Below, piece after piece: positions 5,562-12,529 of a DNA stretch of 12,529 bases. Location of the stretch: the NCBI GenBank assembly GCA_046542505.1, contig JBKHBH010000058.1:1-12529 (forward strand). The letters are read 5' to 3'. A program made the translations under genes and the position numbers. The notes below the pieces were generated by a model that was not told where the DNA came from, ran no database searches, and saw only the letters and a list, made by a program, of their open reading frames with translations. Within the stretch, counting starts at the first letter, position 1. Each line of letters starts with the position of its first letter. The stretch comes from Thermovirgaceae bacterium (lineage in GTDB: Bacteria; Synergistota; Synergistia; Synergistales; Thermovirgaceae).

Positions 5562-8230
5562 GGGCATTCCCCCCTTTCCTCCCTCACCAATGCGGCCACG
5601 GGGAAAGATGAAAACAGTTCTTCAGCGCTCGTCCATCCTCCGCTGGTTTCACCCTCACAAAGGATATGCCTCCAGTGCCCCCCTTCGGGCAGGGAGACTT
5701 CCGTTTCCTTCATGCCTTGCCCGCCTGACAAAAACCTGATCGGAACGACAACGGCCAGTTTGTCTTTTCTGCCGAAAGCGAAAAGATCCATCTTTCTTTT
5801 GCCTCTGGTCTCGAGGGGGAAATAACCGGCATCAGGACCGAACAGCTCGGGAGCCTTTCTCCTGAAAGCCAGCATTTTCGAGATTAGCCAAAGCTTCGGC
5901 ATTCCTTCCTCCCAATGCCCCAGGACATCCCCGGCGGATGAGTCTTTCACCCTGTCCAATAACTTTTTCCGAGCTTCGAAATCCACGGCACGCCTGTTGT
6001 CCGGGTCGACAAGGGAAAGGTCCCAGGTTTCGGTACCTTGATAAATATCCGGGACACCAGGTGCCGTCAGAAGGAGCAGCGTCTGGGCCAGCGATGCTGT
6101 TCTCCCTGGGCGAATGAGAGGATCGACGAAGGAGGAAAAATCTCTCATAAACCCCTGATCCTTGAAGAGCGCCTCGAGAAAACCCATAAGGGCTTTTTCA
6201 TAGGCTTCGTTCACCTCCGTCCAGGAGGTATGGGTCTTGGCTTCCCTTGCGGCTTTTCTGATGACTTGCCGAAGGCGTTCGAGGGATAGGGGCCAGGCAC
6301 CGACCATCGTCTGGTAGAGAAAATATTCCATATTTGCGTCGGGCATGCCTCCGGTTTTCAGGGCCTCGTTCATCCGCGACCACCTCTCGACGGCATCGGC
6401 CCATGTTTCGGGCATCTCCGATAAAAGGGCAAGCCGGGCGCGGACATCGCCGCTTCGTTTCGTATCGTGTGTCGCCAGGGTGTTCATCGACATCGGGGAT
6501 TTCATGGCCTTCATTTCCATGAAACTGTGGGCTTTTACTGAATTTACGGAAAAAATGGAAGGTTCCCCGCCAACCTCGTTGAGGGAGATGAAGCGGTTGT
6601 AACAGTAGAACAGGGTATCCTCCAGGCCTTTCGCCGCCAAAGGGCCCGTCAGCTGCTGGAATCGGGCGACAAACTCCGTTTCCTCCGGCAATTTCGCCTC
6701 TTCCAGGAAGAGGTTGCCGAAAAGGTCCAAAAGCTTTGGATCAACATCTGGAAGCCGTTTTCGGGTTTTTGAAAGAGCCTGCTCCATGACAATCCGGTCC
6801 TGCTCATTTATCTCCGACTCCCGCCATGGCGTGAAGTAGGTCCGGTACACGTCGAAGGTCGCCGCCAGGGTCTTGATGATTTTCATCACGTCGCTTCGTG
6901 ACGAGTCCCTGAAACGCGGCCGGTTTTCGCAGATCTTCATGGCCAGGTGGGTCAGCCTGTAAAAATCGCTTCCGAAGAGATCGTCGGCCACCTGGAGCTT
7001 TGTTTCAAAGACCATTTCCCGGGAGTCCGTGTGCTGTCCAGTAATTTCCCGGTACAGGCGGGTCATTGCTCCTTCCGCTCCAGGCTCGACAAAGAGACCG
7101 TTTACGATGTTCAGGAAGTCGTATCCCGTCGTGCCATGAACCGGCCATATGCCACGAAACCGTTCCCCCGGTTCCAGTATCTTTTCCACGACGATCCACG
7201 CATCTGGTGCCGCGCGGTGCAGCCGCTGGAGATACTCGGCCGGGTCCCTGAGACCGTCGATGTGATCGATGCGCAACCCATCCACCGCTTTTGAGGCAAT
7301 CCACTGCAGAGGCAACCGATGTGTCTCGGCAAACACGACCTCATCCTCTACCCGCAGGGCGATCAGGCTGTTGATGTCAAAAAACCGCCGGTACCCGAGA
7401 TCTTCTCGGCTTTTTTCCCACCACGCAAGACGGTAGTTCTGTTTCTCCAGGAAACCGTCCAGACCTGAAATGTCGCCGTTGAGTTCATCGATGCAGTCGT
7501 CCAGAACTGACGCCTCTCGAAGGTTCTCCGCAAGATGGCCTTCCAGAAACTGGAAGATGACTTCCTTGTTCCGGTGGCGACGCCTTGTGTTTTCCAGATC
7601 GGTCGCTGTGGGCAGAGGAAGGTTTCCAAGGGCTTCGCCGAAAAACTGCAGTTTTTCCGACGCACACCGCCATCCCGCCTTGAGCAGGAGCTCTTTCATC
7701 GACCGCGGTGCTACAGGGAAAACATGATCGCGGTAAGTGACAAAAAGCCGGGATCCCTCCCGCCTGACATTGATCAATCCGGCTTCGAGGACCCTTCCGT
7801 ACTGGTCTTCAAGAACCGGGAGCATGATCCGGTTTTTCAGGTACGCTTCGGGACCCTCCCATTCTACGTCAAAGAAGGCCGCATAGGCACTGGACGGGCC
7901 GTTCTCCAGAACATCCTGCCACCAACGGTTCTCGGGCCCTGATATGGTCATATGGTTCGGTACGATATCAATCATCACGCCGAGCCCCTCGGCTGACAAA
8001 ACCTCAATCAATTCCTTAAACCCCGCGTCGCCTCCCAGTTCCTCGTTCACTTTCGCCGGGTCGACCACGTCGTATCCATGGGAGCTGCCCGCTGCCGCCT
8101 GCAGGACCGGAGACAGGTACACGTGACTGATACCCAGACAGCCCAGGTAGGCGGCGATCCCGGCGACATCGCGAAAACCGAATTCGGGGGAAAGCTGTAT
8201 CCGGTAGGTACAAGAGGGTGCGTTTTTCAT
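5558..8230 (-). CDS. treY: Malto-oligosyltrehalose synthase (GH13), 890 aa
   Basis: TYRIQL, SHVYLSP, HGYDVVDP, DIVPNHM, YRRFFDIN, DGLRIDHIDGL, VVEKIL, THDTKRS, PDIYQG, SLVDPDNRR. ATGA overlap with the glgX stop. Confidence 0.96.
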   Translation of the reverse strand: MKNAPSCTYRIQLSPEFGFRDVAGIAAYLGCLGISHVYLSPVLQAAAGSSHGYDVVDPAKVNEELGGDAGFKELIEVLSAEGLGVMIDIVPNHMTISGPENRWWQDVLENGPSSAYAAFFDVEWEGPEAYLKNRIMLPVLEDQYGRVLEAGLINVRREGSRLFVTYRDHVFPVAPRSMKELLLKAGWRCASEKLQFFGEALGNLPLPTATDLENTRRRHRNKEVIFQFLEGHLAENLREASVLDDCIDELNGDISGLDGFLEKQNYRLAWWEKSREDLGYRRFFDINSLIALRVEDEVVFAETHRLPLQWIASKAVDGLRIDHIDGLRDPAEYLQRLHRAAPDAWIVVEKILEPGERFRGIWPVHGTTGYDFLNIVNGLFVEPGAEGAMTRLYREITGQHTDSREMVFETKLQVADDLFGSDFYRLTHLAMKICENRPRFRDSSRSDVMKIIKTLAATFDVYRTYFTPWRESEINEQDRIVMEQALSKTRKRLPDVDPKLLDLFGNLFLEEAKLPEETEFVARFQQLTGPLAAKGLEDTLFYCYNRFISLNEVGGEPSIFSVNSVKAHSFMEMKAMKSPMSMNTLATHDTKRSGDVRARLALLSEMPETWADAVERWSRMNEALKTGGMPDANMEYFLYQTMVGAWPLSLERLRQVIRKAAREAKTHTSWTEVNEAYEKALMGFLEALFKDQGFMRDFSSFVDPLIRPGRTASLAQTLLLLTAPGVPDIYQGTETWDLSLVDPDNRRAVDFEARKKLLDRVKDSSAGDVLGHWEEGMPKLWLISKMLAFRRKAPELFGPDAGYFPLETRGKRKMDLFAFGRKDKLAVVVPIRFLSGGQGMKETEVSLPEGGHWRHILCEGETSGGWTSAEELFSSFPVAALVREERGECP

Positions 8231-10338
8231 TCTTCTTTCCTTTTCACGAGGACGGCGAGAGCACGGCTTTCAAGCCGGACCCCGGAGCCGCCCCGTACGG
8301 ATTCCTCCTCTTCGAGGAAACCGCCCCTGCCCGTATCGAGAACCCATTCCCAATCTTCACCCCAGGACAGATCCGGCAGGGTGAATTCAAGGGGTTCGTA
8401 ATGGGCATTTACAAGAAACAGAAAACTGTCGTCGGCGATCTTCCTTCCCCAAAAGTCTGGACCTGGGATAGCCTTGCCGTTCAAAAAAACCATGAGGCTT
8501 TTGGCGAAATCCAGGCGCCAGTTTTCGTGGGTCATGAGTTCTCCATCCGGGGTAAACCATCCGATGTCGTGAAGGTCACTCCCGTTGATGGCCCGGCCCA
8601 TGAACCAGCGACGGCGCCTGAAGACGGGATGATCCCAGCGCAGGCGGATCAGCTCACGGACAAACTCCAGAAGATCCTCGTCGGTTTGTTCCCAGTCGAA
8701 CCACGAGATCTCGTTGTCCTGACAATAGGCATTGTTGTTCCCCTGCTGCGTGCGCCCGATCTCGTCCCCCCCCAGAAGCATGGGGATGCCCTGGGAACAC
8801 ATGAGGGAAACCAGGAAATTCATCTTCTGACGACGCCGCAGGGCATTGATCCCGGGATCGTCAACGGGTCCTTCGGCTCCACAGTTCCAGGACCGGTTGT
8901 CATCGGCCCCGTCGGCGTTTTTCTCCCCGTTCGCCTCATTGTGTTTCTCGTTGTAGGAAACAAGGTCCTGCAAGGTGAAACCGTCATGGGCAGTTATGAA
9001 ATTGATGCTTGCGAAAGGGCGTCGTCCCGTGTCCTCGTAAAGGTCGGAGCTGCCTGTAAAGCGATAGGCAAATTCACCGAGGGTCTGGTCCCGACCGCGC
9101 CAGAAATCCCGCATGCAGTCACGATATTTCCCGTTCCACTCCGACCACAGGGGCGGGAAATTTCCGACCTGGTACCCCCCTTCTCCCACGTCCCATGGCT
9201 CTGCGATCAGCTTGACCTGGCTGACGACGGGATCCTGCTGCACGAGATCGAAAAAAGCGGACAGCTTGTCCACGTCGTGCAGTTCCCTTGCCAGAGTCGA
9301 CGCCAGGTCGAAGCGAAATCCGTCGACGTGCATTTCCGTTACCCAGTACCTGAGGGAATCCATGATGAGCTGCAGCACATGGGGATGCCGCATATTAAGG
9401 GAGTTACCCGTTCCCGTGTAATCCACGTAATACCTGGGATCCTCGGCGCTTAGCCTGTAATATGCCGAGTTGTCAATCCCCCTGAAGGAGAGCATGGGGC
9501 CGAGATGGTTCCCCTCGGCGGTGTGATTGTAGACAACATCGAGGATCACCTCGATGTCGGCCTCGTGGAGAGTTTTCACCATCTGCTTGAACTCCTGCAC
9601 CTGCTGCCCGGTCTGACCATAGGCGGCATATTCATTGTGGGGGGCAAAATACCCTATCGTGTTGTACCCCCAGTAGTTGCGAAGCCCCTTTTCCACAAGG
9701 TGCGCATCGTGACCGAACTGGTGCACGGGCATTAGCTCCAGGGCGCTGACACCGAGGCTCTGGAAATACTCCACTGCGGTCGGATGCGAGAGGGCTGTGT
9801 AGGTGCCTCTTACCTCTTCCGGTATGTCCGGATGCTTTTTCGAAAAACCCTTCACATGAACTTCGTAAATCAGTGTTTCACTCAGGGGACGTCTTATCGG
9901 CGCGTCGTTCCCCCAGTCGAAAAAGGGGTTGATCACCACCGATTTCGGCATAAAGGCCGCGCTGTCACGGTCATCACGTATCTCGTCAGGCTCCCCCAAC
10001 GCATATCCGAAAACGGCGGGATCCCAGGACACCCCGCCTTCCAGGGCCTTCGCATAAGGATCGATCAGGAGTTTTGCCCCATTACATCGCAGTCCCCGGC
10101 TTGGGTCCCATTCTCCATAAATCCGGTAACCGTATCGCCAGCCCGGCCCAATGCCCTGAAGATAACCGTGCCAGCAAAAGGCTGTCACCTCCGGCAGTTC
10201 GACCCTGGTTTCTTTTCCTTCTTCGTCAAAAAGGCATAACTCGATTTTTTCCGCTGCTTCGGAAAAAATCGAGAAATTCGACCCCATGCCGTCATAGGTG
10301 GCTCCCAACGGGTAGGGCTTTCCGGGCCATACTTCCAT
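8227..10338 (-). CDS. glgX: Glycogen debranching enzyme GlgX/TreX (isoamylase type, GH13), 703 aa
   Basis: ATG at 10338 after SD AGGAGGG. MEVWPGKPYPLGAT, IYEVHVKG, NYWGYNT, DVVYNHTAEGN, VDGFRFDLA, AEPWD, TAHDGFTL, GNNNAYCQDNEISW. Confidence 0.96.
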   Translation of the reverse strand: MEVWPGKPYPLGATYDGMGSNFSIFSEAAEKIELCLFDEEGKETRVELPEVTAFCWHGYLQGIGPGWRYGYRIYGEWDPSRGLRCNGAKLLIDPYAKALEGGVSWDPAVFGYALGEPDEIRDDRDSAAFMPKSVVINPFFDWGNDAPIRRPLSETLIYEVHVKGFSKKHPDIPEEVRGTYTALSHPTAVEYFQSLGVSALELMPVHQFGHDAHLVEKGLRNYWGYNTIGYFAPHNEYAAYGQTGQQVQEFKQMVKTLHEADIEVILDVVYNHTAEGNHLGPMLSFRGIDNSAYYRLSAEDPRYYVDYTGTGNSLNMRHPHVLQLIMDSLRYWVTEMHVDGFRFDLASTLARELHDVDKLSAFFDLVQQDPVVSQVKLIAEPWDVGEGGYQVGNFPPLWSEWNGKYRDCMRDFWRGRDQTLGEFAYRFTGSSDLYEDTGRRPFASINFITAHDGFTLQDLVSYNEKHNEANGEKNADGADDNRSWNCGAEGPVDDPGINALRRRQKMNFLVSLMCSQGIPMLLGGDEIGRTQQGNNNAYCQDNEISWFDWEQTDEDLLEFVRELIRLRWDHPVFRRRRWFMGRAINGSDLHDIGWFTPDGELMTHENWRLDFAKSLMVFLNGKAIPGPDFWGRKIADDSFLFLVNAHYEPLEFTLPDLSWGEDWEWVLDTGRGGFLEEEESVRGGSGVRLESRALAVLVKRKEE

Positions 10339-10431
10339 GTTATTCCCTCCTGTCGAGATAGCAGTGCAAAGCATAAACTTCACTACCTGTCATTTTATAA
10401 TATTTCTGATGATTCCGCGCACCGAATAGGC

Positions 10432-10460
10432 TTGCCATCCATTTTAAATGGGTATACGGT
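10432..10460 (+). promoter_or_regulatory. Possible sigma70 promoter for the diguanylate cyclase, within the AT-rich divergent intergenic region 10339-10507
   Basis: TTGCCA(10432-10437)-N17-TACGGT(10455-10460). The spacer contains the inverted repeat CCATTT-T-AAATGG. Confidence 0.35.
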
Positions 10461-10507
10461 TTTCACCACCAGAATCGGAAACTTGCCTGAAAAGGACCTG
10501 ATGAATC

Positions 10508-12403
10508 ATGGAATGGCAACTTTTCACGATCCTCTTGTTCACAAGCTCCCTGCTCTGCCTTGGAATAACAATTTATTCCTTCGGGAAAAAGACTTTTCTC
10601 TCGAGTCTTTTCGGTCTTCTCATGAGCGCCATGACCATCTGGACAGCTGGCTATGCCATTGAAATTCTCTCCTCCTCCGAAGACTTCATTCACCTTTTAC
10701 TTCTTGCAGAATATCTCGGCATTGTCACCGTGCCGCCCCTGTGGCTTTTGTTCACCCTTGAGTTCGTCGCTCATGGAAACCGCCCCGGGCGCTTTCTGAC
10801 AACAGCCTTCTTTGCCATCCCGCTGGCGACACTGGTCCTCCTGGCGACAAACGACGGGCATCAGCTGTTCTATTCTTCCATGCAAGTCGTCTCCGCCTGC
10901 GGCGCCGTCGTTCTGGACGTAACACCGGGCTTCTGGTTCTGGGTCAACTGGGTGTACTCCGTCTCTTGTCTTTTGTCCGGACTCGTCCTGCTTCTTTCTC
11001 GTTTTCGAAGAACCACGGGACCTTACAGAAGACAGGTGTTCGCCCTATTTGCCGGCCTTGCCGTCCCTGCAGCGGCAAACATCGCCTACGTACTCGGCGC
11101 AAGGCCCTGCGGCTACTTCGACATCACTCCCGTGGCCTTTTCGATCAGCGGTATCGCCGGTGCCTGGGGTATCAAGAGGCACCGACTTCTTGATTTGTCT
11201 CCCGTAAACTGCATGGCAATTCTCGAAAACCTCGAATGCGCCCTTTTCGTCTTTGACAAAAACGGCGCTCTTGCTGAAATCAACCCTGCCGCAAAAAGAC
11301 TCCTCTCCACGGATGTGGAACCTGTCGGAGAACCGGTAAAAAAAATCTTCAAGGGCTGGCCCCTGCTTGAAGAACTGGTCACCACCGAAAACGCACGAGA
11401 CCCTGTCGAAATCTCTTTGCCGTCGGTGCGCCATCCCGACGTTTCACGATGGTGGTCCGCAGACAGCACCGTGCTGCACGACAGAAAAGGGAAGAAAACA
11501 GGGAAGGTTATCGTACTCTATGACATCACAAACCTGAAGCATGCAGAGCAGGCGCGCAATGAAAGTGAAATTCTCTACCGCACTCTTGTGGAAAACGCCG
11601 CCGAGATCGTTTTCTCCCTTGACGGGAAAGGCCGATTAACCTATGTTTCTCCGGCGGTAAAAAACGTCGCAGGCTATGAGCCCTCCTTCCTTGCGGGGAA
11701 AGACCTGACGCCCTTTTTGCACCCCGAAGACCGCGAGGCCTGCGATGAAGCGGTGAAAACGGCTTTTGGCGGGGGCCGGGGGAAATCAGGGCTGGAATTC
11801 CGCTTCAGGATGCTTGACGGTACATGGCGATGGTTCAACGCCACCTTCGCCTCTCTTCCTGCCGGAACCGGCGAAGTCCACCAGGTTCTCGGCATCGCCG
11901 AGGATATTCAAAAACGGAAGGAATACGAGCAGCACCTTCTGTACACCAGCGCGCATGATGCTTTGACCGGCCTTTACAACAGGGATTATTTTGATTCGCA
12001 AATGGAGATGTTCATGAAAGAAAAAACCAGTCCGGTGGCCGTCATCATGATTGACTGCAACGGCCTGAAAGGGATCAATGACACTGAAGGGCACGCGGCG
12101 GGAGACATGCACCTGAAAAAAACCGCCGACTTTCTGGTCAGCGCGTTTCCCGAAGAAGCCGTCGTCGCAAGGATAGGCGGCGACGAATTCGCCGTTCTCC
12201 TTCCCGGAAAAAACGAAAGGGAAGCTGAAGCAATTCTCCGAAGTGCTCAAGACACAATAAAAGAAATGAACGCCGGGGCCCCGGAACACGATGTTGACGT
12301 TTCCATGGGCCTCGCCGTGTACGATGCCGAAGGGTCTTTAACCCTCAGACAGGTACTCCAGGAAGCCGACAGGAAAATGTACAGAAATAAGCGCGAACAA
12401 TAA
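10508..12403 (+). CDS. Membrane-bound sensor diguanylate cyclase: HisKA_7TM-like N-terminus, two PAS domains, GGDEF domain, 631 aa
   Basis: About 7 hydrophobic helices with ATNDGHQLFY and FDITP motifs. PAS motifs INPAAKRLL and YVSPAVKNVAGY...LHPEDR. HDALTGLYNR, DCNGLKGINDTEGHAAGD, RIGGDEF, ADRKMY. Confidence 0.93.
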   Translation: MEWQLFTILLFTSSLLCLGITIYSFGKKTFLSSLFGLLMSAMTIWTAGYAIEILSSSEDFIHLLLLAEYLGIVTVPPLWLLFTLEFVAHGNRPGRFLTTAFFAIPLATLVLLATNDGHQLFYSSMQVVSACGAVVLDVTPGFWFWVNWVYSVSCLLSGLVLLLSRFRRTTGPYRRQVFALFAGLAVPAAANIAYVLGARPCGYFDITPVAFSISGIAGAWGIKRHRLLDLSPVNCMAILENLECALFVFDKNGALAEINPAAKRLLSTDVEPVGEPVKKIFKGWPLLEELVTTENARDPVEISLPSVRHPDVSRWWSADSTVLHDRKGKKTGKVIVLYDITNLKHAEQARNESEILYRTLVENAAEIVFSLDGKGRLTYVSPAVKNVAGYEPSFLAGKDLTPFLHPEDREACDEAVKTAFGGGRGKSGLEFRFRMLDGTWRWFNATFASLPAGTGEVHQVLGIAEDIQKRKEYEQHLLYTSAHDALTGLYNRDYFDSQMEMFMKEKTSPVAVIMIDCNGLKGINDTEGHAAGDMHLKKTADFLVSAFPEEAVVARIGGDEFAVLLPGKNEREAEAILRSAQDTIKEMNAGAPEHDVDVSMGLAVYDAEGSLTLRQVLQEADRKMYRNKREQ

Positions 12404-12420
12404 CCTTCGAATATTTATGG

Positions 12421-12528
12421 CTACCCGTCGAGCTTTTCCAAGATGCTCAAAAAAATAGCCTTCCGGTCTTTCAGCTTCTGCCTGTAGGTTCCGCTGTCCG
12501 TATCGGCGATTTCCATCCTGATCTCCGA
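12421..12528 (-). CDS. 3' end of a small hypothetical protein entering from the right edge (partial)
   Basis: Open frame ...SEIRMEIADTDSGTYRQKLKDRKAIFLSILEKLDG* ending at TAG 12423-12421, 17 nt from the convergent DGC stop. Amphipathic helical pattern. Confidence 0.6.
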   Translation of the reverse strand, partial: SEIRMEIADTDSGTYRQKLKDRKAIFLSILEKLDG

Positions 12529-12529
12529 C

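Noticed and set aside
8218..9453. 411-aa + strand ORF (also 4068-4961, 3700-4440, 2623-3114, 11786-12289 and similar)
   Set aside because: Antisense shadows of well-supported genes in GC-rich DNA, with no recognisable motifs.
10339..10383. 15-aa N-terminal extension of glgX
   Set aside because: It contains the SD AGGAGGG for ATG 10338, which yields the typical GlgX N-terminus.
10339..10507. c-di-GMP riboswitch upstream of the diguanylate cyclase
   Set aside because: No GEMM-type two-hairpin GNRA/receptor architecture was visible by eye.

Overview
Bacterial chromosomal window with three main blocks. (1) + strand: a sigma70-type promoter, a Moco/Tuco-class riboswitch lacking the P3 stem, an intrinsic terminator, and a WtpBCA-type tungstate/molybdate ABC transporter operon (451-3270). 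(2) - strand: a translationally coupled treX(glgX)-treY-treZ glycogen-to-trehalose operon (10338-3813), followed by a small secreted-protein gene. That gene's frame is interrupted by an in-frame TGA followed by a SECIS-like hairpin, so it is a candidate selenoprotein or a nonsense pseudogene. (3) + strand: a divergent 7TM-PAS-PAS-GGDEF diguanylate cyclase (10508-12403). The left edge holds a possible IS/transposon end that appears to truncate a divergent gene; the right edge holds the 3' end of a small convergent hypothetical gene. All calls come from motif recognition by eye; no searches were run.
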